DNA of 64,000 nt from Escherichia phage AV124: the sequence record OR352954. The stretch is one strand, 5' to 3'. Both the position numbers and the translations under genes were made by a program. Of this stretch, positions 55,663-64,000 are shown piece after piece (position 1 is the stretch's first letter; each line of letters opens with the position of its first letter). Under the pieces are notes generated by a model. That model was not told the DNA's origin, did not search any database, and saw nothing but the letters and a program-made list of their open reading frames with translations.

Positions 55663-56008
55663 GGTGCTCAACTTCTACCACATTGGTAAAGTGATCCCTG
55701 AAAATGCCGAATACATGGGGCGAGCAATGCCCCATCTAGGCCTGAAGCAATCTAAATTCGCTAACCCATATAAGTTGTCGAAGGATGAGCCTCGTGGAGC
55801 CACCATTGAGCGCTATCGCGTGTGGTTGTGGCAACAGATCCGTTCTGGGAAAATTACTATTCAAGATCTTCTTGACTTGGATGGTAAAGACCTTGTATGC
55901 TTCTGTAAACAGCCGAACAAAGAGGTGGCATGTCATTGTGATGTGATACTTGCGGCAATCGAATGGGCAAAACAGAGGAAGACAAATGGCAATTCATGCA
56001 AAAAGTAA
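55655..56008 (+). CDS. hypothetical protein (conserved Cys/His motif)
   Basis: Track ORF trimmed to ATG; VCFCKQP...CHCDVILAAIEW motif. Confidence 0.4.
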   Translation: MAKVLNFYHIGKVIPENAEYMGRAMPHLGLKQSKFANPYKLSKDEPRGATIERYRVWLWQQIRSGKITIQDLLDLDGKDLVCFCKQPNKEVACHCDVILAAIEWAKQRKTNGNSCKK

Positions 56009-56222
56009 TGGTCTGCTGATCGGCGGTAAGATCATCGAGGAGACACTGACAGGCTGGGTTTTCCAGGCAATGGATAACAAAGGTACTAATTTTGTGTTCA
56101 AGTCAGATGAGAAGAACCAAGTTTTTGACGGACCGAATGCTGTTGACGAAGCAATGGCTTGGCAAACTAAAGTCCGGGCAGAAATGAAAAATAAAAAGAG
56201 AAAGGGGCGCAAAAATGGCTAA
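55986..56222 (+). CDS. hypothetical protein
   Basis: Track ORF trimmed to ATG after GAGGAAG. Confidence 0.4.
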   Translation: MAIHAKSNGLLIGGKIIEETLTGWVFQAMDNKGTNFVFKSDEKNQVFDGPNAVDEAMAWQTKVRAEMKNKKRKGRKNG

Positions 56223-56475
56223 AGATACATGGGAAGTATTTCAGGATGACGACGAAATAAAGGTCATTGTCTCAGGCTCTCTTGAGGTAGGTGCCGGGTG
56301 GCGATCTTACAGCGACGTGTGTTCAGAGATTAATAACCTTGATGATGCAAAACTCATTGCCGCAGCACCTGAATTGCTTGACGCGGTTCTGGATCTGAAG
56401 TATAAGTTATACGGTAACGGCGCAGCAAGTCCTAAAATCGAGGCACTGTTGAAACGCTTGGAGAGAATTACATGA
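56215..56475 (+). CDS. hypothetical protein
   Basis: ORF in array. Confidence 0.45.
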   Translation: MAKDTWEVFQDDDEIKVIVSGSLEVGAGWRSYSDVCSEINNLDDAKLIAAAPELLDAVLDLKYKLYGNGAASPKIEALLKRLERIT

Positions 56476-56702
56476 ACAAATACTACTTCGCCTTCGGAAT
56501 GAACCAAGAAACGAAGGATGGTATGTCTCTCGGTAATTACTACGTCTGCATCGAAGCCAAACACCATTACGATGCCAGATTTGAGATGTTCGATGCTCGT
56601 GGCAGTTCTTGGTCTTTTTGCTACACAGAAGAAGAATTTGCTGGACAACCAGAAAAATATGGATTAAAGTCTATTTCGTTAGACGAAGTTCGTATCCGAT
56701 AA
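56472..56702 (+). CDS. hypothetical protein
   Basis: ATGA overlap with upstream gene. Confidence 0.45.
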   Translation: MNKYYFAFGMNQETKDGMSLGNYYVCIEAKHHYDARFEMFDARGSSWSFCYTEEEFAGQPEKYGLKSISLDEVRIR

Positions 56703-56722
56703 ACAATAGGAGAAAAGATTAC

Positions 56723-57424
56723 ATGATGAATCTATACGTAAAAACAACCTGGACAGACTTCTATGGTTGGACAAAACTCGAATACCTTTGGCTTCTAATC
56801 TGTTCTGCATCCATTGCAACGGTCTCTATCGTTACAGGTGGTACGGTGGTGGAGTTTATTTCCTCCGTCACAGGCATCGTCGGTGCGATTCTGGTTGCGA
56901 AAGGTAAACTTTCCAGCTACTATTGGGGCTTCATTGCCACGGTTCTGTATGCATATATCTCTTTCACGTACAAGTTGTACGGTGAGACGATTATGTACAC
57001 CCTGTTGTTCACCCCCATGCAGGTCATTGGCGGGGTGATCTGGGCGCGTAAGTTAACCGTCTCTGCGGATGGTGAGCGTGCGGATGTCATAAAGAAATAT
57101 CTGACCACAAAACAGCGCTGGATTGTTGGTATCGGGACATTGGTGACGATCGGATTATACGCCGAGTTCGTTAGCCTATTGAAAGGAAGTATGCCGGGTC
57201 TAGATTCTGCGACAGCAATCCTGTCAGTTCTAGCAACCTACCTGATGATGGTTCGTTATGCAGAACAATGGCTGATTTGGCTACTGGTGAACACTGTTGC
57301 AATTGTTATGTGGGTACAAGCTACGATTCATCATCAAGGAGCTGGTTCTGCAATTTTGGCTATGTGGGTCACATTCTGGCTCAACTCTCTTTATGGTTGG
57401 TATAAGTGGAGAAAGAATGGCTAG
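56723..57424 (+). CDS. pnuC: nicotinamide riboside transporter PnuC
   Basis: Multi-TM protein; TGIVGAILVAKGKLSSYYWGFIATVLYAYISF and C-terminal WLIWLLVNTVAIVMW resemble conserved PnuC segments; ATG after AGGAG; track start 56609 is upstream extension. Confidence 0.7.
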   Translation: MMNLYVKTTWTDFYGWTKLEYLWLLICSASIATVSIVTGGTVVEFISSVTGIVGAILVAKGKLSSYYWGFIATVLYAYISFTYKLYGETIMYTLLFTPMQVIGGVIWARKLTVSADGERADVIKKYLTTKQRWIVGIGTLVTIGLYAEFVSLLKGSMPGLDSATAILSVLATYLMMVRYAEQWLIWLLVNTVAIVMWVQATIHHQGAGSAILAMWVTFWLNSLYGWYKWRKNG

Positions 57425-57538
57425 AAAACTAGTGTACGGGGTGGGCGAGTGATTCAACGCTTTACGGAAGTTCTAGACGGTATACTGGAAGACATTTCAA
57501 ATTTACGTGAAACAACCAATTTTGGAGGGGGGTAATAT

Positions 57539-57910
57539 ATGATTGGATTTTGGGAATGGTTGACCATGCACAACAACTGGGTTCCTGGCGTTATCATGTA
57601 TGCAATGATGTTGCTATGGGCTTTGGTCATCGCTTTCCGTAGTACGTGGAAAGGGTATGTTGTTGCAATCGTCTTGATGGCTGGTGTTGGTGGTACACTG
57701 TTTAACTTCCTCAGCACATACCTTGACGGTTATGGAATGTATCAGCGCCATTATACTACTTGCGCAAAGCCAGAGGCTGTGGTATCATTCTATGTGTTTG
57801 ATGCAAAGAAAGAGCGCTGTTATAAACCTGTTGTTGGATTTGCACCTGTTGATGATAATCAGGTAAAGACTCTGACACCGAAACAAATGGAGACTGGAGA
57901 ATGGCTTTAA
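57539..57910 (+). CDS. hypothetical membrane protein
   Basis: SD GGAGGGGGG; two TM helices. Confidence 0.45.
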   Translation: MIGFWEWLTMHNNWVPGVIMYAMMLLWALVIAFRSTWKGYVVAIVLMAGVGGTLFNFLSTYLDGYGMYQRHYTTCAKPEAVVSFYVFDAKKERCYKPVVGFAPVDDNQVKTLTPKQMETGEWL

Positions 57911-58185
57911 CTCGTGAAGAACGCACAGGTGCCAAGTTTGTCGAGATGTATGAAGCAAGCTTAGGGGACAATCCTAATCTGGAAGAACAGTTAGTTCTCT
58001 CATATTTCAAGAAAAATGTAGAGGACCTGCCCGTGGACTTGTCTGATCCAACAAGTTTCCACAAAGCATTCCGGCAGGTTGACATCTGCCGTAAAGGTTA
58101 TCAAGACATGGTGATTTGGTCCCTGATGTCTGGTGGAGAATTAAATACAATCTGGAAAGTTTTGGAGGAATTTTATGCTAATTGA
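57901..58185 (+). CDS. hypothetical protein
   Basis: ORF overlapping upstream stop. Confidence 0.45.
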   Translation: MALTREERTGAKFVEMYEASLGDNPNLEEQLVLSYFKKNVEDLPVDLSDPTSFHKAFRQVDICRKGYQDMVIWSLMSGGELNTIWKVLEEFYAN

Positions 58186-58477
58186 TGAACTTGGTGTTAG
58201 TGGCCTTGTCCCAGATGCTTGGGCAGAGGCATATGGTAAGCCACAAGCTGATCCTCATTCTGTTTTCGCAGAGCTGCTTGGTGTAACACGACAACAAGCG
58301 AAGGTAATCAATTATGAGTATATGTACTCTGAAGAGGCCAAGCATGTTCGGGCGATCAAACTGTGGCATCTGGCGGGAAAAGAAACTCGGTATGTTTACC
58401 GGAAGCTTGCTAACCTCTTGTTGGAGAATGGGGTTATTGTTCCTCCACTGAGAGAAATTCTTGAAGAGATGGATTGA
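58175..58477 (+). CDS. hypothetical protein
   Basis: ORF in array. Confidence 0.45.
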   Translation: MLIDELGVSGLVPDAWAEAYGKPQADPHSVFAELLGVTRQQAKVINYEYMYSEEAKHVRAIKLWHLAGKETRYVYRKLANLLLENGVIVPPLREILEEMD

Positions 58478-58478
58478 A

Positions 58479-58883
58479 ATGACTAAAATCCGAAAATTTT
58501 TCAAATGGTTATTGGGGTTATTCAGTACAACAACGGTCGTATCTATAGGGAAAGGAAACAGCACTTTTGTTAGCCAAACAACCAAGGTGACCACAATATC
58601 TTCTGAAGAGCTTAATGAGATGCTCAACAAAGCCTTTCGTCAAGCAAGACAAAATAGTGAGCGTAGATTGAAAATGTCACCCCCAACGCCACCTTCACCG
58701 CCTAAAAGACGTGTGGTCGTGGAGGATGGCGGTTATCGCCGGAGAAATGATGATGCGGCGATCATCAATACAACCACGATTAGTGATACGTATACCCATC
58801 ATACGCCAAGTCACTCGTCAAGTAGTCATGACTCGTATTCCTCCTGTGATTCGAGTTCATCATTTTCAGGTAGTTGTGATTAA
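58479..58883 (+). CDS. hypothetical membrane-anchored protein with Ser-rich C-terminus
   Basis: N-terminal TM helix; Pro-rich linker; Ser/Cys-rich tail. Confidence 0.4.
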   Translation: MTKIRKFFKWLLGLFSTTTVVSIGKGNSTFVSQTTKVTTISSEELNEMLNKAFRQARQNSERRLKMSPPTPPSPPKRRVVVEDGGYRRRNDDAAIINTTTISDTYTHHTPSHSSSSHDSYSSCDSSSSFSGSCD

Positions 58884-58892
58884 GGAGATAAA

Positions 58893-59114
58893 ATGAAAAT
58901 TGGTTTCTTAGGTCTTTTGGCGTTGGTATTTATCACGCTTAAACTGTGCGGCGTGATCGCCTGGTCTTGGTGGCTTGTTCTACTGCCGCTCTACTTCGGG
59001 TTGGCACTTGTTGTTAGTTTCGGGGTGGTTTTTGTTCTCGGAGCTTTCGGTGTATTCGCTGCTTCTGCGCTTATTGAAAAACTCAAATTCTGGAATAAAA
59101 AATCTGGAAAATAA
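58893..59114 (+). CDS. hypothetical small membrane protein
   Basis: SD AAGGAGATAAA; two TM helices. Confidence 0.45.
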   Translation: MKIGFLGLLALVFITLKLCGVIAWSWWLVLLPLYFGLALVVSFGVVFVLGAFGVFAASALIEKLKFWNKKSGK

Positions 59115-59117
59115 TTA

Positions 59118-59146
59118 TTGACATAACGAGTGTAAAGGGGTAAGAT
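59118..59146 (+). promoter_or_regulatory. sigma70-like promoter TTGACA-N17-TAAGAT
   Basis: Consensus -35 with 17-nt spacer; hairpin AAGGGG-TAAGATA-CCCCTT overlaps -10. Confidence 0.4.
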
Positions 59147-59173
59147 ACCCCTTCACTCATAAATGGAGGATTG

Positions 59174-59512
59174 ATGACTGAAGAAGTAACCCCTACCAAC
59201 GAAGCACGATTCCTTGGACTAGACCCCAATCAGTTCGGAACTGTGGTCTTCCTCTCAAGTGCCAGCGTTCAGATGGCTGACCATATCAATTCTGAACCCG
59301 TCAGAAAAGAAATGGAACGTTTAATCAGTGAAGGCAAACACGAAACTATCGAAACGGCGTTGGCCTGGGTTCGTGGTCAGCGTAATGCTGTGATGCAACT
59401 GAGCGGAGCTTCAACCTTCGCGCAAAACCTTTTGGCGCAAGTTGAAGATATGTTGGTTGATCAACTTCTTGCTGTACCAGTTACACAAGCCGTTGAAGAA
59501 AAATCTGAGTAA
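59174..59512 (+). CDS. hypothetical protein
   Basis: SD GGAGG before ATG. Confidence 0.45.
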   Translation: MTEEVTPTNEARFLGLDPNQFGTVVFLSSASVQMADHINSEPVRKEMERLISEGKHETIETALAWVRGQRNAVMQLSGASTFAQNLLAQVEDMLVDQLLAVPVTQAVEEKSE

Positions 59513-59525
59513 TAAAGGAGAGAAG

Positions 59526-60713
59526 ATGAGCGTAGTAAACGAATACAAAGACCCAATGTCCGGCAAAGTAAACCACTTCGCAAAAGGCAGCATCAAATTC
59601 ATCAGCATCAAACCCGTGAAGAATGCTGATCAAGATGGTATTAAGCGTACCCACATCCCTGCACGTAACGGTCAACCTGCTAAGGTGATTGAAGCCACCC
59701 ACACTATCAGCTTTTTAATGCAGGAAGTTGATGCGGATAATAACGTGGTAGACCCACAGAGCCAAGGCGATTGGATTGGTATGGGTGAGAAGAAACTTCA
59801 CGCCAGCCACACGGATAAGGTTCAGGTCAAGTTTGATTCCGGTTATAAAGATATTCTAGCTGGCATGGTTGTATCTTTCCCGCTGAAAGTCTCTAAGAAT
59901 GGGGATAAAACCTATATCAACGGCACTTTAAGCGGTAAGACATTCAACATTCTGGATGAAAGCAAAGCGGGCCAAGCTGCCCCTCGTCAACAGCAGTCTT
60001 CTGCCCAGGCAGCACAGTCGGGCGGTGGTGTTAAGATCTATGGTGAGATTACCGAAATCGTAGGTAATCTGGCGACTGTTAATGACGAGAAGAACGGCCC
60101 CGGCGGTGTAGTTCTTTCCGATGAACAACTGGCACAGGTATCTGTTGGTGGACGAATGACTGCCTTTGTGGATATGTCTAACGGTAACATCCTGAATGGA
60201 TTCAAAGCTTACGGCCCCGCAGGTCAGAACAACGGCGGTTCTGGTGGTAAAAAGAGTGGTGGGTACGACCAATTTGGTGTTGAAACAGGGCACGCCATTA
60301 ACGGTCTGAAAGAGTTGATGGGTGCTGGTTATAAAGTGAAGGATGAGCTGGAGACAGCTAAAGCCATTCACCGTGCCACATTGGATATGAAAGCGTTCGT
60401 TGCGGAGCGTACTGGTAAGCCAGTCGATTCTAACCCGGTTGGTGCAAGTGCAGGCAACGCAATTCTGGTTGCATGTAGCCGTTTCAATGCTAAGTCAGAT
60501 GTTTCTGAAGCAACGATTCTGAACGCAGCCAAAGATGTGTATACAAAGCTCTCTGAGCCGCTTTATACGTTCATTAGTGAAAGTGCCAAGGGTGCCGATC
60601 AAACTCCGTCACAGCCCGTCCAGGAGCGTTTAACGACACCTCCTGCCCAAGAGGCGCCCGCTATGGATTTTGATGAGCCACCGATGGACTGGGACGAAGA
60701 AATACCGTTTTGA
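59526..60713 (+). CDS. single-stranded DNA-binding protein (SSB-like)
   Basis: Gly-rich linker (GQNNGGSGGKKSGG) and acidic C-terminal tail MDFDEPPMDWDEEIPF typical of SSB; ATG after AAGGAGAGAAG. Confidence 0.55.
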   Translation: MSVVNEYKDPMSGKVNHFAKGSIKFISIKPVKNADQDGIKRTHIPARNGQPAKVIEATHTISFLMQEVDADNNVVDPQSQGDWIGMGEKKLHASHTDKVQVKFDSGYKDILAGMVVSFPLKVSKNGDKTYINGTLSGKTFNILDESKAGQAAPRQQQSSAQAAQSGGGVKIYGEITEIVGNLATVNDEKNGPGGVVLSDEQLAQVSVGGRMTAFVDMSNGNILNGFKAYGPAGQNNGGSGGKKSGGYDQFGVETGHAINGLKELMGAGYKVKDELETAKAIHRATLDMKAFVAERTGKPVDSNPVGASAGNAILVACSRFNAKSDVSEATILNAAKDVYTKLSEPLYTFISESAKGADQTPSQPVQERLTTPPAQEAPAMDFDEPPMDWDEEIPF

Positions 60714-60715
60714 TA

Positions 60716-61141
60716 ATGAAAAGATGTTCTAATTGTGGGGCTGAAAAGCCCCTTGAACAATTTCAGATCAGGAGGGCTTCTAAGGATGGATATACCGCAT
60801 CGTGCAAGATTTGTCTTAAGGAACGCGACCGAATCAGGGACCAAGATCCTGAACGTAAAGCAATGAAAGAACGATACGTTAAAGGTATCGGAAGAGAAGC
60901 GGCAGCACGAGCAAAGCGGAAGTATATCGAGAAGAATCCGAAGAAGAGATCTGTGCATATAAAAACAGGTAATGCGATCCGTGACGGCAAGATATTTAAA
61001 CAGCCTTGTGAAGTTTGCGGAAGTGAAAATGTACAAGCTCATCATTGTGATTACGATAAACCTTTAGAGGTTATGTGGCTATGTCCTATTCATCATGAAG
61101 AGTGGCACAGGCAATACGGCGAGGCAAAGAACGCTATATAA
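60716..61141 (+). CDS. HNH endonuclease (zinc-finger type)
   Basis: CSNCG...CKIC zinc-finger pair and HHCDYDKPLEVMWLCPIHHEEWH HNH core. Confidence 0.65.
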   Translation: MKRCSNCGAEKPLEQFQIRRASKDGYTASCKICLKERDRIRDQDPERKAMKERYVKGIGREAAARAKRKYIEKNPKKRSVHIKTGNAIRDGKIFKQPCEVCGSENVQAHHCDYDKPLEVMWLCPIHHEEWHRQYGEAKNAI

Positions 61142-61173
61142 AAGAAAAGGCTCCCAAATGGGAGCCTTTTTTA
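61142..61173. terminator. bidirectional rho-independent terminator at strand switch
   Basis: A-run, GGCTCCC-AAAT-GGGAGCC, T6; between convergent HNH (+) and tail fibre (-) genes. Confidence 0.7.
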
Positions 61174-62934
61174 TTACGGTCTTTGATAGACAGCTACATC
61201 ATAGACAGTCCCTCTTCCACAATAGGTTACTTGTAGAATTGTAACTGAATTTGCAGTAGTGCTGATCGTACCACCATTTATGATTTTATAAGATGCATCA
61301 AGGGTGACGGCATGTCCGCCAGTTGCATCCTGGAACAGATAGATCGTGGCAGTAAAAGCACTACCAAGATTTGCCCAAGGCCCGATAGTTAAAGTATTTG
61401 TCACATCTACGTTGTAGATGTTATTCATCTTCGTCAGATCAGAGCCTGTCCCTCCTGGTGTCCAAGTTGTTCCTGCGGAAGGTGTGGTAACAGAACCAGG
61501 GGTTGTTCCTACAAAATTCGCAGTGACCTTAGGAGCCGTTGCTTCACCCGTAATAACGAGGGATGCACCTTTTAGAGACCCGTATGCCTCTATTGTGGTG
61601 GTTGCCAGAACGGAGTTAGGGTTAATGTCCTTCCCGTTGACATCAACAGAAACGCCCGTTAGAGTACCAAGTACGTTAAGATTGTTTACAGTTGTTGTGC
61701 CTGTCCCACCATTATTAAGGTTGGCGTTTCCAGTAACTGTAAGGTTGGTGCTTACCGTAGCTGCCCCAGTAACTGCAAGCAGGCCCGTGATGGAGAGGTT
61801 TCCTGCAACAGAGCTAGCACTACCGGCTGTAAATCCCCCAGTTAATGTGCTGTTTCCATCGACTGTTAATGAACTTACTACGCCTAAATTCTGAATAGAG
61901 GCACTTCCGAGAGTTGTTACACCGTTTACAGTTAGATCAGACCCTATCTCGGCTGTTGTCGTTGTGGCAATAGAGTTGGGGAGAATGTCTAAGCCATCAA
62001 CACCGACATTGACACCGGACAACGAACCCGTTACTCTTACGTTTTCAAGTTCTGTCGTTCCGGTTACCTTAAGTCTTGGTTCCGTAGAGGCCTTGGAAGA
62101 GTTCCCTCGGATATACACATAGTCGAAGGTGTTATTACCGACACCAGTTAATGACATTGTGGTGTTATCTGCACTAGCTGTCCCATTCACAATAACTGCG
62201 GAAGTCAGATTATTGGTTTGAACAGAGTTCGGAGATATGATAGTCTTCAGATAGTTAGAGGCAGCGGTGTAGTCAAAAGAAAGAGTGGCAGTTTGTCCAG
62301 ATAACGAAATTTTCTGGAATTTACCAAGCACACCAGAGGCATCAAGCGTCCCACCAAATTGGGATGTCCCAGAAACAACCAATGTGTTAAGGGTTGAAGC
62401 ACCAACCACCGTAAGAGCAGCATAACTTGGAGAAGACCCAGCAAGAGAATTGATCGCTGCTGCGACAGCCAAGTTGACAAATGCAGTTGTCGCTATTGCA
62501 CCACTATTACTTCCCTGAGCAGGGGTAGGCGCTGTCGGAGAACCGACAAATGCAGGGGTATTAAGAGGTGCAAATTTTTCAGAAACTACAACGGAGTCAT
62601 TATAAACTTTCCAAGCGGTGCTTGTGGACGGATCGGCAGGTAAAGTGATAGGTGTAGATGGTGACGCTCCTGGGGCATACCACCAGAAAGTCCCTGCTGA
62701 ATTGGTGAAGGAATACAGTTGATTAAAAACTGTCGCCTGTGTACCAGCCACCCAAGGTTGTGGTGGTGTTTTAAAATACACATTGTCAAGAAGCGCTTTA
62801 CGTAATGTTGGAATCGTGCTACCATCTTCTACAATAACAGTGTCGATCGCCGATCCGTTGACCACCTTATGGAGACGCTCAGAATCCTCGATAACCTGAT
62901 CCACAGCCTGTTCAAATTGTGTTGTATCAGCCAT
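61174..62934 (-). CDS. tail fibre protein
   Basis: 586 aa, Gly/Ser/Thr/Asn-rich with repeated TVxG / LTVTG beta-rich segments typical of phage fibres. Confidence 0.6.
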   Translation of the reverse strand: MADTTQFEQAVDQVIEDSERLHKVVNGSAIDTVIVEDGSTIPTLRKALLDNVYFKTPPQPWVAGTQATVFNQLYSFTNSAGTFWWYAPGASPSTPITLPADPSTSTAWKVYNDSVVVSEKFAPLNTPAFVGSPTAPTPAQGSNSGAIATTAFVNLAVAAAINSLAGSSPSYAALTVVGASTLNTLVVSGTSQFGGTLDASGVLGKFQKISLSGQTATLSFDYTAASNYLKTIISPNSVQTNNLTSAVIVNGTASADNTTMSLTGVGNNTFDYVYIRGNSSKASTEPRLKVTGTTELENVRVTGSLSGVNVGVDGLDILPNSIATTTTAEIGSDLTVNGVTTLGSASIQNLGVVSSLTVDGNSTLTGGFTAGSASSVAGNLSITGLLAVTGAATVSTNLTVTGNANLNNGGTGTTTVNNLNVLGTLTGVSVDVNGKDINPNSVLATTTIEAYGSLKGASLVITGEATAPKVTANFVGTTPGSVTTPSAGTTWTPGGTGSDLTKMNNIYNVDVTNTLTIGPWANLGSAFTATIYLFQDATGGHAVTLDASYKIINGGTISTTANSVTILQVTYCGRGTVYDVAVYQRP

Positions 62935-62945
62935 TTAAGGTCTCC

Positions 62946-63221
62946 TTATTTAATTTCTTGTTTATCTTCATCTTCCGCTGCCTTTATAGCTAAACCCCAG
63001 CGAAGTGAGATTAGCTTGCTTATAAGTTGTGGAGCTGCTACAGTAGGTGCATATACCCACATGTACCATTCTGTAAGGGTTCCTTTAAATCCCCAGTACA
63101 GGAAAACAGCCGTCATGGATGCCAGACCTATATTGCTCCAAAACTTGGTATGTGAGGCCTTATCAGGGTCTATAGGGGACCTGACTAAGTCCTTTAGGAA
63201 CTTCATTATTCGAGTTGGCAT
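62946..63221 (-). CDS. hypothetical small membrane protein (holin-like?)
   Basis: Track ORF trimmed to ATG after GAGGT; two TM segments, charged C-terminus. Confidence 0.35.
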   Translation of the reverse strand: MPTRIMKFLKDLVRSPIDPDKASHTKFWSNIGLASMTAVFLYWGFKGTLTEWYMWVYAPTVAAPQLISKLISLRWGLAIKAAEDEDKQEIK

Positions 63222-63234
63222 TTTACCTCGGGGA

Positions 63235-63708
63235 TCAATGAGTGAAGAATGGTAATGCCCTGGCAATCACCAACAGGCTTATGACAGTTGCAGTTTTTAT
63301 CCATTCCTTTATCGTCGTGTCTTTAAAATTTGCACAAAGTATGATAATTTCCATCCAAGTTTGGTAGGAAGAATTTATTACAAAATCAAAGAGTCCGGGG
63401 ATTATTAACGGAAACTGCATGGATATTATCTGGCAGAAGAGAATTGGCACTGCTACAGAGAGTGTTAGCTTTTTCTTCCATCCCGATAATATACACGCAG
63501 CACCAAAGATAAAAGAGATATCTAGGAACCAACATAGATTAAGGTAAAGAGATAGATCGAAAAACTGGGTGTTTGAAGAAAACCACCATAGGAGGGTATT
63601 CTCAAGAAAGATATGGACCATGCCAAAAACAGACATGATCCTTATACCTTTGTCAGAATGAAACAACAAAATAATAAAGCACAGAAAATAGAATACTGAG
63701 CTTATCAT
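63235..63708 (-). CDS. hypothetical multi-pass membrane protein
   Basis: At least four hydrophobic helices; ATGA overlap with upstream gene. Confidence 0.45.
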   Translation of the reverse strand: MISSVFYFLCFIILLFHSDKGIRIMSVFGMVHIFLENTLLWWFSSNTQFFDLSLYLNLCWFLDISFIFGAACILSGWKKKLTLSVAVPILFCQIISMQFPLIIPGLFDFVINSSYQTWMEIIILCANFKDTTIKEWIKTATVISLLVIARALPFFTH

Positions 63709-64000
63709 TTTGCGGATCTTTCCATTAACATCTGGAATTGCTTGGTGAGGTCTGTTCTTAAATCACCAACATCTCCCTTGATGTCCCTTCTAAGATCGGA
63801 AACATCATCCCTAATCGCTTTTAGCTTTTTATCTAAGATATCATCCAGCTTTTCTTTAGTGACCATTTCGGCCCTTATACGGATGATATCTTTGTCAAGC
63901 TCATCAAGGCGCTCTTGAGTCTTTTTGTAATCCGAGTACGTTATTCTTAGGACTCCGATCAGGACAAAGGTAATAACCCCCCAGACCGCCTTCAGGATAG
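63705..64000 (-). CDS. hypothetical membrane/coiled-coil protein, 5' end beyond window
   Basis: Minus-strand frame open to window edge; N-terminal-side TM (ILKAVWGVITFVLIGVL) then charged heptad-like region. Confidence 0.4.
   Translation of the reverse strand, partial: ILKAVWGVITFVLIGVLRITYSDYKKTQERLDELDKDIIRIRAEMVTKEKLDDILDKKLKAIRDDVSDLRRDIKGDVGDLRTDLTKQFQMLMERSAK

Noticed and set aside
56609-56722. N-terminal extension of the pnuC track ORF
   Set aside because: Extension is arginine-rich and overlaps the upstream gene; ATG at 56723 has a canonical SD at correct spacing.

Overview
This window is a gene-dense segment of a large virulent tailed dsDNA phage (Caudoviricetes). The host is probably enterobacterial; that is an inference from the close match of the cca product to bacterial class II Cca, sigma70-type promoters and codon usage. 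All calls rest on motif recognition by eye, with no database search. Layout: (1) 1-9.9 kb, rightward small genes plus tRNA-maintenance enzymes (CCA-adding enzyme, Pth2-like hydrolase, Pol-beta nucleotidyltransferase); (2) 9.95-12.1 kb, ORF-poor repeat-dense region where the two transcription blocks converge; (3) 12.1-27.0 kb, leftward block of about 30 small, mostly unassignable genes (early or host-takeover-like), including a lipoprotein, a wHTH regulator, a vWA-metallopeptidase and an HNH nuclease; (4) 27.1-61.1 kb, rightward replication and accessory module: SpoT-like HD hydrolase, AAA ATPase, macro domain, Rnl2-like RNA ligase, SleB-like hydrolase, rIIA/rIIB, Dda-like helicase, C5-MTase-like protein, primase-helicase, a T7 gp5-like DNA polymerase split at motif C by an HNH-containing putative group I intron, NadR plus PnuC (nicotinamide riboside to NAD+ salvage) and SSB; (5) from 61.2 kb, leftward late genes starting with a tail fibre. 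No tRNA, rRNA, CRISPR array, integrase or transposase was detected. The strongest candidates for something new are the PnuC-NadR NAD+ salvage island with the nearby macro/RNA-ligase/HD genes, the codon-optimised gene pair at 50.4-52.9 kb, and the apparent non-canonical start of the DNA polymerase.
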